Assembly: GCA_963758525.1 (NCBI GenBank)
Contig: CAVWVQ010000004.1
Span: 32,001-96,000, forward strand
DNA from: an uncultured Phycisphaerales bacterium
Lineage (GTDB): Bacteria > Planctomycetota > Phycisphaerae > Tepidisphaerales > Tepidisphaeraceae
DNA: 64,000 nt
Direction: 5' to 3'
Shown here: positions 9,813-21,997 of the stretch, piece after piece
Layout of the letters: each line of letters opens with the position of its first letter
Numbering within the stretch: position 1 is the stretch's first letter
The notes under the pieces: model-generated
Told to the model about the DNA's origin: nothing
Database searches by the model: none
What the model saw: only the letters and a program-made list of their open reading frames with translations
Translations under genes and position numbers: made by a program

Positions 9813-12077
9813 ATGCGCCGCGCGAATGCGATTCTGCATATTTTGCGGTGCAGGTTTCTAGGCTGCCTTGGAACAGCAGCTTGGAACCCCGCACCACGAT
9901 CTCTGGCAACGATCGCAATCGTTGGCGCTCTCGCGGTTGCCCTCTGCACGGTCGCATCGTTTTTCCGACCGGTGACTGCACGCGCAGTTGAACCGCCGGC
10001 CGCGAATGCAGCGGCGCAAACGGCAGCGCCTGGCGTGGTTGTCACGTTTGTCAGCTTGCGCAGATGCGCAGAAGCCGTCATTCACGGATTCGCGCGTTGC
10101 GCGACTCATCGCGCTGTACGTCCCTCATGGCATGGCGCCGAGCCCGTTCACACTGCCCGGGCGGTTCCGGGCCACGTTTGAGGGAGACATCAATCTCCGC
10201 CTCCGCGCGTTCCTCATTTTCTCCGCGGAAGGGAAGGGGAAGCTGACCGTCACCGTCGGCGGCAAGCCCGCACTGCACCTGGAGGGCGATCTTGCGAGCA
10301 AGGCCGGAGAGCGAATCCGCCTGGGCAAGGGGAAGAATCATGTCGTTGCGATCTACGAGGCCCCCGCGGATGGTGACGCATCTTTGCGTCTCTTCTGGTC
10401 GTCAAACACATTTCCCGCCGAAACCGTGCCGCCGATGGTGCTGACGCATGATCCTGACGTTGCGGGCCTTGCTGAATCAATGCGCGTGCGGGACGGACGG
10501 CTGCTGCTGGCGAACTTTCGTTGCACGAAATGCCACGCTCCGCCCAGCGCCGACGCTGCCACGGCCGGCATGACCGCCATGCCCGAACTGGCGATGGATG
10601 CGCCGTCGTTCGACGACATCGGCAAGCGACTCTCGCCACGATGGATGGCGGCCTGGATCAGCAATCCACGCGCTCTGCGTCCGGGCGCTCACATGCCCCG
10701 GCTGTTTGCAACAGCGTCGGGCGTCGCAGTCGATCCGCGCCAAGCGACGCCGCTGCATTTCTCGCATCCCTGGGAGCTTCGGAAAATTCTGCGAAAGCGA
10801 CCGATCCGTCCGCGGCAAAATTGGGCGGCCAACTGTACGCGCATCTGAACTGCGTGGCATGCCACACGTTGCCCGATGCGCCGCCGGCGGGCGATGCTTC
10901 CGCTGATCAACGCGTTTCGTTGCAGCATGTCAGGGCGAAGTTTGCACCCGGCGCGTTGCGTGAGTATCTGCTCAATCCACAGGCGAATTACGCCTGGAAT
11001 CCGATGCCGAACTTCCGGCTCTCCGATACCGAGGCATCGGCAATTGCGGCGTTTCTCGAATCGTTCGACGCGGCCAGCGCCCGCCCGAAGCTTCCGGAAT
11101 CGGTTGCAGGCGACAAGATGCGCGGACGGGAAGTGGTGCGGTCAGCAGGGTGTCTTGCGTGCCATCGTCTCGAGGGGGAGAAGTCCGCGGTGCCGCCTGC
11201 GGTTGCGCTGTCAGCGATCAAAGAAGACGGCTGGTCGCGCGGATGCCTGGCAAGCGATGATGCGGCACGCGGATCGGCCCCGGATTTCGCGCTTGCCGAC
11301 CAGCAGCGCGGCGACCTCGCGGCGGCGGGTGCGTGCAAAGCCGGATCGCTCAATCAGGACGCGCCAGCCGAGTTTGCCGAACGACAGATCCAGTCGATGC
11401 GCTGCACGGCCTGCCACGCCCGCGATGGGGAGCCGTCCCTGCTCGCGTCCAGCCTGGAGGGCGAGTTGGATGCGCTGAACAGCAAGTATCCGGCCGACGC
11501 GGGCACCGGTGAATCGTTGTCCCCCGACCAGCGCGCCCCGATGCTGACCTGGGCTGGAGAGAAGTTGAGGCCGCAGTGGATGGCTGAGTTCATCGCCGGC
11601 AAAGTTGCGTATAAACCGCGCCCGTATTTGCGGGCGCGCATGCCGTCGTTCACGTCCCGCGCCCAATTGCTCGCGGTGGGTGTGGCATCGGAGCATGGTT
11701 GCGCGCCGGAGCTTGCAGCCGAGCCGCAGCCCGATCTCGCGCTGGCCGCGATCGGTCAGAAACTCACCGGCAAGACTCCCAATCAAAGCCTCGGCTGCGT
11801 TCAGTGCCACGCCGCGGGTTCGCAACCGCCCCTCGCGCCGTTCGAGGCGCCGGCACCGAATTTCAATCACGTGACCGCACGGCTGCGGAAGGATTATTAT
11901 GTCCGCTGGGTGAGGAACCCCATCCGCATCGATCCGGAAACCAAGATGCCGCGCTTCGAGGACGACGACGGCAAAACCGGCATCACCGATATCTTCGGTG
12001 GCGACGCCCGCAAGCAGTTTGAAGCCATCTGGCAATACTTCCTGGAAGGCGACGCACTGCAGCCGCCGGCGCAATAG
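9813..12077 (+). CDS. multiheme c-type cytochrome (5 CxxCH) with N-terminal PA14-like domain; split by two frame breaks
   Basis: Joins ORFs 9696-10181 (hydrophobic signal segment), 9988-10848 (FRATFEG..LGKGKNH..LRLFWSS, CTKCH) and 10521-12077 (CVACH, CLACH, CTACH, CVQCH). Breaks near 10055 and 10740; start codon uncertain (9735 or 9813). Confidence 0.8.
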
Positions 12078-12119
12078 AGCTTCCGCGGGGAATTTCTTAC
12101 CCAGTGCAGCCGTCGCTAC

Positions 12120-13673
12120 CTACGGCGCGACATACGCAGCATCTCCCCCAAGAACCAAAAACTTACGCAGCAGCACGATATGCGTCACCGCGCCGATCAC
12201 GGCCAGGATGCTGCCGAGCAGGAATACGTAACTGTAGTCGTGTCCCCGCCATTGAACGAAACCCCCCAACGCTGGCGGCACAATCATCAGAGCAACGGCG
12301 CTGCAGACACCCGCGGCGGAAAAAAGCTCCGCGAAACGCAGAGGCGGCAGGAGGCGCTGCGCCAGCGAAGCCGTCCCGGTGATGTAGGATCCGGAGATCA
12401 CGGTATGGGCGGCCAGCGCGATGAAAAAAGTCGGAACGGTCGCGCCGAAGAAGAAAGCGAATGCTGCGACGCCGGCGTACAAAACGCTGAACAGCACCCC
12501 AAGCCGCAACGGATGAAAGCGGTCGGCGAGAATCCCCAGGGGATATGAGAGCACCAGCGAACAGACGTACCCCAGCGCCAGGCACTTTCCAAACAGCCCG
12601 TCGCTCATCCCGACGCTGCGGGCATGCAGAACCATGAAGCTGTTGACCGGCACGAACATCACCAGCCCGAACGTGATCGTGGCGAAGAACCAGAGGTAGT
12701 ACGGTTTGCTGAAGCAATCCTTGAAGTACATCAGCAGCCATGCCAGCAGTCCCCGGGCATCGTCAGCGGAGGGCGTGGGGGGCGGCGGCGGATACTGGCC
12801 CTCCTTCACGCCCAGGCACATCAGCGTGATGCCCCCGCCGTAGAGCAATCCCAGGCCGGCAAAGAACAGTGAAGCATGGCTGTCGGCTTTGCCCATCAGC
12901 CAATAGTTGAAGATGATCGCGACGGCCAGGCCGACCAGTCGGAACAGTCCGAAAAATCGCCCGACGACTTCCGCGGGGACCACATCGTTGATCAAGCCGC
13001 CGAACAGGGCGTTGGTGATAATGGTCGCGATTTCCAGGATGGTCCAGAAAAACGAAAAAATGGCGATTCGGCAGGTCGCTTCGGTGGGAGCATTTGATCC
13101 CAGTTGCACATGCGCCCAGTGGCCCAGATTCGGGGTGGCCGCAAGTCCCAGCATCGCCAGCACGATGAATGGCGTCGGAACGAGGATAAACGGAATGCGC
13201 CGTCCCCAGGGGCCGCGATGCCGGTCGGACTTGACGCCGATGCCGGGCCCGAGCAGGAGGCCGATCGCCGCGGGGATCGATCCGACGAGAAGCCCCACCA
13301 GCCAGTCCGGCGCGGCAAACCGCCGCAGCGTGATCTGAGCAAGCGGGAAGATCGTCCGCTCCTTGACGTTCCACGCGAAGTCGCCGCCCAGCAGCCAGCA
13401 GAACAAGACCGCCAGGCCCGCGGCGCTGTACGTCAGGGTGCCGACGGACCAGCGCTTGCCGAACCGCGCATACGGGATCGTCGGCGACGCGTCGATCAGA
13501 TCATCAGGAGCGATCGCACTGTCAGTTGGCACACCGCCCAACGATGCGTTTGCCGGCGAGGCTTCAGGCTCGTCGGGGTCTGAGATGGGGGTCAGTTGTG
13601 GCAAGGTTTCGCCTGAAAAACTGCTCGACCGCCGATATCCCTGGCCTTTGATGAACCCAAGGCGCTGACTCAA
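12120..13673 (-). CDS. MFS transporter
   Basis: About 12 hydrophobic segments; GVKSDRHRGPWGRRIPF and GILADRFHP loop motifs. Confidence 0.85.
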   Translation of the reverse strand: MSQRLGFIKGQGYRRSSSFSGETLPQLTPISDPDEPEASPANASLGGVPTDSAIAPDDLIDASPTIPYARFGKRWSVGTLTYSAAGLAVLFCWLLGGDFAWNVKERTIFPLAQITLRRFAAPDWLVGLLVGSIPAAIGLLLGPGIGVKSDRHRGPWGRRIPFILVPTPFIVLAMLGLAATPNLGHWAHVQLGSNAPTEATCRIAIFSFFWTILEIATIITNALFGGLINDVVPAEVVGRFFGLFRLVGLAVAIIFNYWLMGKADSHASLFFAGLGLLYGGGITLMCLGVKEGQYPPPPPTPSADDARGLLAWLLMYFKDCFSKPYYLWFFATITFGLVMFVPVNSFMVLHARSVGMSDGLFGKCLALGYVCSLVLSYPLGILADRFHPLRLGVLFSVLYAGVAAFAFFFGATVPTFFIALAAHTVISGSYITGTASLAQRLLPPLRFAELFSAAGVCSAVALMIVPPALGGFVQWRGHDYSYVFLLGSILAVIGAVTHIVLLRKFLVLGGDAAYVAP

Positions 13674-13728
13674 AGCTCCGCGCGGGCCGGGATTGCGTCT
13701 CGCGGCGCCGGCCGCGCGGGCAAGTCTA

Positions 13729-14997
13729 TCAGACAGAGCCTACAGCAGCGATTGGGCTGGAGCCCGCCACGCCGCGCGCGGGCATCGTGAAATGCCGATA
13801 GCCGCGCACCGACCGCGATTGTGCCGGCACCGACCACGGCACAAGGCCTGACTCGTGAATCATCCTGCCATCGGCGCCGCATCGCTGGAAGATCGAGGCG
13901 ATATCCGCAATCGTGTTCAGCGAATCGCCGCGCCTCGGATCATCGTCGAGTCGAACCTGCGGCGTGATATCCCGCGGGACAGCGGCTTCGGCAACACAGT
14001 TGACCACCACGATCGGCGCCCGGGCAATTTCCAGCGTCGCCAGCACGCAGTCGAGCGGCCGACCGCGGATCAACCGGCAGAACCCTTCCAAAAGCCGGTC
14101 GCGCGGATTAGCGCTCAGCGGAATCGTTTCATTTCCGACTTGACTGCGCCAGTCGATTCGCTGCTCCGGATAAATGCTCGCGCTCCCTTTGGTGCCGACA
14201 ATTTCAATGGTTGGATTGACCACCTCGGAACTGGCGTGCGTCAGCAGCAGCAGCAGATCCGTTCCCTGCTCAGTGCGAATGCGAACGCTGCAGGTATCGA
14301 AATTTTCGATGGGATTGGCGCGATACAGCTCGGCTTGGATGTCGGCGGCCTGGGCGGTGCTGCATTCCTCGGGCCCCAGCAGGAACATCGCCAGTTGCAG
14401 GTAATGCGACATGGCATTGGACAACGGGCTGTCGAGCACCCAGCGCTGATCGACGCCCAATCGGCCGGCCCACCCATTTCGCGAATAGTACGACCGCGGG
14501 CGCGGCCAGCATCCCACGACCCGCGCCCACTGAATCTTCCCGAGCTGGCCGTCGAGCAGCCGACGCTTCACCGTCAGGATCGCGGGATCGGCCAGGTGCT
14601 GGTAGCCAATGATCACCGGCAAGCCCGTCGCGTCCCGCGCGGCGATCATCGCGTCGACTTCCTGCGTGGTCGCCGCCGCCGGTTTTTCACAGAGCACCGC
14701 TTTGCCCGCCTCCAGCGCCTGGGCCACGAAGCGGCTGTGCAGATCGATCGGGAGCGGCAGCCAGACCGCTTCAATTTGCTCGCGCAACACGTCATCGAAG
14801 CGTTCATGCGCGGACACATTCCACTGCCCAAGCGTCTCGGCGCACTCAGCGCGGCGGCCGGCGTCGGGGTCGCAGACGGACACCAGCCTCGCCAGGTCTG
14901 GTCTCTCGGCAATGGTCTGCGCGACCACCCAGGCGTATCCGCCCAAGCCGGTGGTTCCGAAAGCAACTGGAAGATCTTCGATAGTGCGATGCATCAT
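13729..14997 (-). CDS. Gfo/Idh/MocA-family oxidoreductase
   Basis: GLGGYA Rossmann motif; LPIDLH..ALEAGKAVLCEKP; NAMSHYL. Start placed at MMHRT just after the upstream gene's stop. Confidence 0.9.
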   Translation of the reverse strand: MMHRTIEDLPVAFGTTGLGGYAWVVAQTIAERPDLARLVSVCDPDAGRRAECAETLGQWNVSAHERFDDVLREQIEAVWLPLPIDLHSRFVAQALEAGKAVLCEKPAAATTQEVDAMIAARDATGLPVIIGYQHLADPAILTVKRRLLDGQLGKIQWARVVGCWPRPRSYYSRNGWAGRLGVDQRWVLDSPLSNAMSHYLQLAMFLLGPEECSTAQAADIQAELYRANPIENFDTCSVRIRTEQGTDLLLLLTHASSEVVNPTIEIVGTKGSASIYPEQRIDWRSQVGNETIPLSANPRDRLLEGFCRLIRGRPLDCVLATLEIARAPIVVVNCVAEAAVPRDITPQVRLDDDPRRGDSLNTIADIASIFQRCGADGRMIHESGLVPWSVPAQSRSVRGYRHFTMPARGVAGSSPIAAVGSV

Positions 14998-15002
14998 ACA
15001 CA

Positions 15003-17719
15003 CTACTTCGGGACCGTCACAGGTAATTGATCGGGAATGAGGCCCAGGCAATCAATCGCGGATAACCCGAATCCTGCCGCGGCGTTGGTCGATACCTCAA
15101 ATTCGTCGACCGGATTCAGCACGGTGTCGCCAGTCAGATGGCGCACTGCCAACGGGGGCTCCAGAACCTTGATCCCTCCGCCACCGCCGGAAAAAAACTC
15201 GCTCCACGCCCGCTTTGCCAGCGCCGCATCCTTCAACTTCCAGGCGGCATACGCCGTCAGACGAGCATGAGCCTGCGTAAGGTAGGGTGAGCCAAAATCC
15301 CTTCCGAACGCCTTCTGCTGCTCTTGAGGCGAAGCATTGTAATACTGACAGTACTCGATCCAGGTCTTTTCGTATTCGGGTACGTCCAGCAGTTGAAGCA
15401 GTTCGGCATTGACCTCGAACGCTCCGAATGAAGTGCATAAAGGGGAGATGTAAAAATGGTCATCCCGTTTGAAGAATCGGCCCGTGGCGAGGTCGTACCC
15501 TCCCCCGCCGGACAACCATCCGTGCGGCAGGGCCGCAATGGTCCTCATTCCAGTCAGCAGCTTGTCGCGGCATGCGATGTCGCCGGTCCGCTCCCATTCG
15601 GTCAGCCAGGCGGACGCGATCGACGTCCATTCGATGCCGATCATAAAGTTCATCGGATAAGGCTTCCCAGTGGTGTCGGCCAGCTCCTTTGATTCCTTCC
15701 TCTCCACCGGAACCTGCCCGGCCGTCTTGTCCGCCCCAAGCTCGTCGCGCATGAGATCTCCGGTGCGCTCATCGGCTGTCAGGTAGTAGAAGAATCGCCT
15801 ATTTTCCGCGGTGCTCACCCGCAACTGCTTGGAGCTGTCGCCCCAGGGCACCACGTTGTGCCGCGAACCCAGCCCCGCAAAACGACCCAGGTGATAGACA
15901 TCCACTTCGCCCGTGTGGCGGCACATCGCTTCGGCAAAGCGAAACAGATCCGCCCGGCCCGTGCGTAGAAAACTGTACCAAAGCCAGATATCCGTCGATT
16001 GTTCGGAGTTGTCCCAGGCATATCCGCCAACATCATAGCGCCAGCCGTGCCGATCAAAGTCGTACCGGTGCATGACATTGCCGAAGTACCAAAAGCCGTA
16101 CCAGTGACGCTGGTCGACCTGTTTCTCGTAGTAATCCAACAAAAAATTTTGTTGGTCTTCAATCCGCGCCGCGACCGGATTCCCACGATCGGGCAAGTTC
16201 CAAATCGCCCCGCCAAACACAGCGGCATCCTTAAAATCCTGCGGGCGGCACATCAGTTGAGGCGGGGTGCACAGTCTCCGCGACAGGCTCGCGACCCCGG
16301 CATTCGACGGAGTCGCCGGCAACGCCCAGAGCATCAGCTCACTGGTGCGCGCAATACCCGTGGCGGTGGCAAAACCTGGCTCGTAATCCTCGTAGGTCAG
16401 CTGGGCTCCTTCGAGTTGCTTGGCGAAGGTGTCCATCCCCATGTCATCATGCCAGCCGCGCAGATCCATCGGGCGCGCGTCGGGCGCCCAGAGCCACGCC
16501 GTCACTTCCGCGCTGTCGCTTGCCGCGCCGCGGATATTTAGTTGGCTCGGATAACTCTGCCAGAAGTTGCGGATGCCAAAAGCCATGCCGCCGCTCGGTC
16601 CACCCACATAACCCAGACCCGAAGCACGACGTCCGGTGGCGCTATTGATCCAGGCAAAGCCTGCTTTGGTGCGCTTGCGAATCTCAAACGAATCGGAGGA
16701 AAGCTGCGACAGCGCGAAATCGCCAAATGCCGGAACGTAGTCCAGGTCCTTGACGACCGCGGGATTCCATGTTTCCAATGGCGGAGTCTTTAGGCCCGCA
16801 ATTTGCCGCTTGCGCACTTCCGATCCCGGATCGCGCTGCAAGCCGGTCAATCCCCTCACCGCTTCGGCCCAGACGCCGTCGCCCTCCCCGCCGAACCGCA
16901 CATGCCGGTCGTAAAGCGGGTCTTTGAGGGGGACCGAGAAGCGAATGCCAAGGCCGCTGATGAAATCGTGTGACGCATCGCCGTCGAAGATGATCGTGTG
17001 AAGGATCCGCACCGAATCTGCGCCGGCATAAAAATAGAATCGCACCACAAATGGAAGCCACGTCCTGCCGCTCGAATCGGCGTGCTTCCCCTGCACCTTG
17101 ATCACCGCGCGAACCGGGCCCTCTTGCTCGATCGTGGCGGTCGATATCTCTCCGCGAAAGGACTGTTGTTGGATCGTGCCGTCGCTGTCAGGATCGGGCG
17201 AATTGCGGAGCAGGCAAACCAGTTGGCCATCGGTTGCCAATGTCTTGCCATCGCGAGAGATCGAGTCGAGCAGAATGTTGCCGCTCCTGCGAATTCGGCA
17301 CTGCATGACGCCGGTATTCACGGTGATGACATCCGCGTCCTCGCTGACCGACAGCGGCGCTGCGGGCGAGGGCGAGTCGCCCGGCTCGAGCCAAAACGGC
17401 CCGGCCAGGCCGGCGGTCGCGACGATTGCGTGGGCCGTCCATTTCAACGATCCATCCGGCCAAAAGGCGGTAGGCCAACTCTGCATCGGCACCGCCTTCC
17501 CATCCGCACTCCGCAAGGAAAACGACGTGCCTCGCGACACCGCCCCGCGCGGCCAGGCGCTCCCCACGTGCTTCCGACAAGCGAAGGGGATTCGCTGTTC
17601 GCGTCCAGCCAGTTCACTTGGCGCGGCGGAGCTTCCGCCCGAGCGCGGGCGGCCAGACCGAGCGCAAGGAACAGCGCCATGCGGAGAAGGGAAGAAGAGG
17701 TGTCGGAGCTTCGAGGCAT
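15003..17719 (-). CDS. exo-rhamnogalacturonan lyase-like protein (PL26 / YetA-like), frame break near 17560
   Basis: Signal peptide in ORF 17444-17719 (..GSTWG) continues into ORF 15003-17567 (WPRG..QSWPTAFWPDGSLKWTAHA; HWYGFWYFGNVMH; WRYDVGGYAWDNSE; HTGEVDVYH; GSRHNV). Confidence 0.8.
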
Positions 17720-17755
17720 TGGCGTGTTCTGCCGGAGCGGCTTTGCCGCAGGAAT

Positions 17756-18846
17756 CTAATCCGGAAAATCCACATCCAGGCCCACGCCGGTTAATCCACC
17801 TCCAGAACTGGTTCCCCCAGTAATGGCGTTGCTGGAATAGGTGCTCCAGGGGGTTGCAACGGTGCCGCCCGAATAGCCACTGGGCCGCTCGGTGTTCGAA
17901 TTCTGGAAATACATTGAACCGGCAGTCGCGTCTACGAGCGGGTAGTTGGATGCACCGCTCGCAAGAATCTGCTCAGTATCAACGTGCCCGTCCACATACA
18001 GAATGTTCATTCGCCCCTTGTGACGTATGTCATCGAACACCTCTTGCTGGGCGGCGCCAAGGTTGAAGAAATCGGCGAGGCTCGCGGGCGCTTTCGATAC
18101 CGCAACGGCATACCCATTGGATTTGTGCAGAAATGCCTCGTAGCAGAAGCTGCCGTCACACATCAGCATCGTACTGCTCGGGTGGGGAACCGCCGAAAAG
18201 AGGCCGCGAAGCCGGGTATGCGGAGGCGATCCAATGTGATTTTGGAATCCAAGGACTTCTTCGTTGTAAACATAGCTTGAGTAACCGGTAAGCCAGTAGC
18301 TTGTCTCGGCAAACCACCGAGGCGCATTTCCAAGGTTGACATTATTTGTCGCGGCGTTGTCAGCCGCCGCTTGTGCGGTTGCAACGTCCGACGGGCACAG
18401 AAAGAGGTCTAGTATAGGGGGCACTGCCATCGCATTCTCGACGCCGGTGTAGGTAGTGTCCTGTAACGGCCGCACCCCCAAATACGGCGACAACGCATGA
18501 GGAAGCGCGGTTGTCTGCAGTCCGGCGCCGTTATTAATGTAATATGTGTAGCGCTGCCTGGTGGCATCTCCAACTGCGGACGGTGTTGTCGAGACCAGAT
18601 TACAGCCCTGCAGCTGACAATACCCACGGTGCTCATTGGCGAAAAGATACATCGCCTGTCCAAGCGAGCGCAACTGACTTGCGCATTTGAGCTGCTGCGC
18701 TGAACGCCGCGCGCCGCCAGCGCCGGCAGCAAGATCGCGATCAGAACGGCGATGATACCGATGACAACAAGGAGTTCGACAAGCGTAAACCCTCTGCGCC
18801 GGCCCTTACGGCATCGACTAGGCGTGGGGAAAGAACGATGTGACAT
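17756..18846 (-). CDS. prepilin-type N-terminal cleavage/methylation protein (DUF1559-like), frame break near 18710
   Basis: [28 protein letters not shown] in ORF 18409-18846 continues as ..CASQLRSLGQAMYLFANEH..FLCPSD..RHKGRMNILYVDGHV in ORF 17756-18673. Confidence 0.85.
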
Positions 18847-18949
18847 GTTTACAACCCTATCTGGTCACGGCCAGGAGCTGGATCGCCAGCGCGAAGGATT
18901 TGAAACCGGCAATGGTCCCGTTCACGCGCTGCGGCACGCGCAACAACCA

Positions 18950-19013
18950 ATTATACCATCGGCCGGATCGACCACAACGAAACTTTTGTCACCACTTCAT
19001 GCACCTTTGTCAC
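18950..19013 (-). promoter_or_regulatory. tandem-box promoter
   Basis: Minus strand: GTGACAAAG (19013-19005)-N12-GTGACAAAA (18992-18984)-N6-TTGTGG-N16-TATAAT (18955-18950), with an extended -10 TG. Confidence 0.75.
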
Positions 19014-19270
19014 ATCCGCGCTGTTATCGGGCGAAGGTAGCTCAGCTGTTTCCGTCGCTAATCCCCAGCACGGCCGGGATCGGTTTGGAACGGATCTGCG
19101 GTCGCTCCTTCAGAAGCTTAAAGATCAGTTCGCCATAAAAATTGGTTTAGCGACGCGAACCAATTTTCTGCTGAATTTGCTGGCATCGCTTTTCTGAAAG
19201 GACTCGTGCATGAAGCCGGTGCCGGCCGACGAGCGAGTGAGCGTCGCCAGGCTTACGCATCACCCCTCCA

Positions 19271-21946
19271 TCAATGCGGCAAGCTCGAGCAGTTCACGAA
19301 CCGGAGCGTCTGCACCTTCATTTTTGGAAGCGCAAGCGTTGCAATGAGCTGCCCCCCCTGCTCATGCGTTGGCACTTCGCCAATCTTGTCGCCATTCAAC
19401 TCGACAGCCTCCACACTGTCGGCGCGGCCGTCGAGCACAATCTGATGCGGCATCGAGCCGCCTGCGGCATTGAATATCCTGACCAGCAAATCGTTTCCGT
19501 CCCGCATCATCGCACAGATCTCGTAGCCACCGCCCACCACGCTTATCAGCGATTTTCGCCCGTGACTCAGAAGAGAATTCGCCGCACCGATGGTTGTCGA
19601 CAAAGGCTCGTTCCAGCAGTCGCTCCTGGTCCAGATCCCGGCCTGGTCCCACGTTCCGGCGTGCGGCACCACCGCGTAATGAACGTCGGCTGGGCCCGTG
19701 ATGTCGTATTGTCTGCCCCATAAGCCGACGCCCGAATACTGCAATGTAAGCCCGAGCGGGTAGTCAGCGCCATGTTCATAGCTCGTGGTATGGTCTGTGA
19801 ACAGTGCCATGCCATTTGCGTGAACGCCGTCCGTTGCGTCCACCCAGTTGAGGATGATGTTATTTTTAATGCCGTCCCATCGGGTGAAAAAGGTATCGGT
19901 TAACTTGCTCTCGGTCACATCGAACGGCGCGTTCTTATAGATTTTCTGCGCCTCAAGCTTCAGGGGGAACAATACCTGAAGCTTGCCGCGATCGTCATAG
20001 AAGGCTTTTTGGTTATCCTCCTTTTTCCAGGCAACGGTTTGAGCATAATCAGCGCCGATGCCGGGGCTGCCCTGCCAATCGATGCGCAAATGGAAATCTA
20101 TTTTGGAATCTCCCTGCGCAACGGTGATCACCTGCGTGAACGGATGAATGCCAATAAAGCCCTGCGTCTGCACTCGCGCCTCCACCGGGCCGTTCTCCAG
20201 GATGGTGAGCTTCGCCGGGTGATCGGCACTGGAAAGATATTTTTGCTGCTCAAAAAAGTAGCCCCTGATTTCCCCGAAACGCCGTGCGTTGGCGCCGTCT
20301 ACAAACTCCTTGTTGTACAGCCCCTTGGCCCTGAGGCTTCGAATTGCTCCACCCTGCAATGGATCAAGCTCGAGCGTATACAGATCGGTTTCGATCTTGT
20401 ATGTCCCGTCCGCCTCGATGGAGACCGACGCCCCACTGGAAGGCGATGCGCGCGTTTTGTCCAGATAATAAGTGCCATAGCCCATCGACGGCACGTCCGC
20501 GGCGAAGACGACATCGGCGCCACCAGCGTCAGCTCGGGCGACAACCTGCGAGGGCACCTCCCTGTCATTGTCATCTAAAACGCGAACCTGCTGCGGTGTC
20601 CATCCATCCGGCAGCGCGGCGATTGCCGGCTCCTTCCGTTCGACTCCAACGGTGTTGAACACGCGAACGCTCGTGCGGCCAGATCCCGCGCCGGATGGAG
20701 CGCCCCCAGAGAGCGCCGCCATCGATTGTTTCGCGACGGCGTCGCTGACCTGTCTCGTGTTCTCCGTCCAGCGGGCGATTTTTTCGGCCCAACTGGTTCC
20801 CCCCTTGTTTCGCAACCCCAGTGCGGTGGGCGCGGCGCTGTCGCCGGCTCGGTTGACGTTGTAAGGAACGATCCAGCAGTCATGGTGTTCCGAGAGCAGT
20901 AAAGTTCTCCATGCCGCGTCGAATGACGATTTTGGCCACGCAGCGGCGGTGTAGTTCCCGGCCATCGCCGCCAGCTTTTCAGCCATGATGATCTTGTTTT
21001 CAGACGAACGCACCTCCTGCGCGATCCGCTGAAGCACCTGCGAACCCCAGACAAGACTGACTTGCACGTCTTCCTGGCTGAATTGCCAGTCCTGCGTCGG
21101 GTTCTGGATGGCTCGATTTTCAAAGTAGTCGCGCCATGTGACGTATTCCGTCGGCTGATAGGCGTCCTTGCCCAGGCGCGGACCATGCACCCACCCCGCA
21201 TCCTGCAGGCACATGCCAACAGGATGGGCGATGCCGGCATCGAACGCGGCCTTGATGTAATTGGGGGCATTGTCCGATGCGATGGTTTTCCATGTAGTCG
21301 TGGGGCTTAATTGCTCCGTCGCGTAGCGCGGAACCGCAGTGATCCTGGTTCCATCAGGGCCGACCCAGTTGACCAATTCCCCGCCAAATGCGCGCGTATA
21401 CCCGCCCCAGCAGGTGTTTGGATTTTTCAAGGCCGCATATTTGAAGCCGAACGATTTCAGAATCCCCGGCAGCGCGCTGGTGAAGCAGGGTTCTTCCGAG
21501 GAGTAGACCGAGAAATCGGCATTCGGAAAGTGCTGTCGTATTTTGCGCATACCATAATCGAACTGCCGCACGACGCTTTCGCCTGTCACATTCCACAGGT
21601 AGCTCTGCGCGAAGTCCGGATTGATGAACTCGACGCGCCCTGCGACGGATTGATCCGCCGCCAGCGCGACAAATGCCTTATAGGCGTCCGGCGTATTAGC
21701 CTCCACCCAATCCCATGTCTCCGGTTCGATCTCCAGGTTGATCTTCCACTGGGGATAACGTTTCATCTGATCGACGAGGAACTGCGTCACCCACGGCGGA
21801 TAGTGCCCCCACACCCCGCCGTGCCATCCATCCACAAAATAGGCCGTCGGGTCCGAGAGGGCTCGATTGACGCAAAAGATCAGAAGCGTCACGGCGAACA
21901 CCCCCGTCCTCAACGTCGTCCCGCGGCTGGACCCAATTCGTCTCAT
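19271..21946 (-). CDS. glycoside hydrolase family 38-like (alpha-mannosidase-like)
   Basis: Signal peptide; YFVDGWHGG, GESVVRQF, AWRTLLLSEHHDCW, VRVFNT, LENGPV and DLLVRIFN resemble GH38 N, middle and C domains. Confidence 0.75.
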   Translation of the reverse strand: MRRIGSSRGTTLRTGVFAVTLLIFCVNRALSDPTAYFVDGWHGGVWGHYPPWVTQFLVDQMKRYPQWKINLEIEPETWDWVEANTPDAYKAFVALAADQSVAGRVEFINPDFAQSYLWNVTGESVVRQFDYGMRKIRQHFPNADFSVYSSEEPCFTSALPGILKSFGFKYAALKNPNTCWGGYTRAFGGELVNWVGPDGTRITAVPRYATEQLSPTTTWKTIASDNAPNYIKAAFDAGIAHPVGMCLQDAGWVHGPRLGKDAYQPTEYVTWRDYFENRAIQNPTQDWQFSQEDVQVSLVWGSQVLQRIAQEVRSSENKIIMAEKLAAMAGNYTAAAWPKSSFDAAWRTLLLSEHHDCWIVPYNVNRAGDSAAPTALGLRNKGGTSWAEKIARWTENTRQVSDAVAKQSMAALSGGAPSGAGSGRTSVRVFNTVGVERKEPAIAALPDGWTPQQVRVLDDNDREVPSQVVARADAGGADVVFAADVPSMGYGTYYLDKTRASPSSGASVSIEADGTYKIETDLYTLELDPLQGGAIRSLRAKGLYNKEFVDGANARRFGEIRGYFFEQQKYLSSADHPAKLTILENGPVEARVQTQGFIGIHPFTQVITVAQGDSKIDFHLRIDWQGSPGIGADYAQTVAWKKEDNQKAFYDDRGKLQVLFPLKLEAQKIYKNAPFDVTESKLTDTFFTRWDGIKNNIILNWVDATDGVHANGMALFTDHTTSYEHGADYPLGLTLQYSGVGLWGRQYDITGPADVHYAVVPHAGTWDQAGIWTRSDCWNEPLSTTIGAANSLLSHGRKSLISVVGGGYEICAMMRDGNDLLVRIFNAAGGSMPHQIVLDGRADSVEAVELNGDKIGEVPTHEQGGQLIATLALPKMKVQTLRFVNCSSLPH

Positions 21947-21997
21947 GCTGCCTCGTCGCCCCACGAAAATGGCCACGTCCCTCAGTCGACACGGTCT

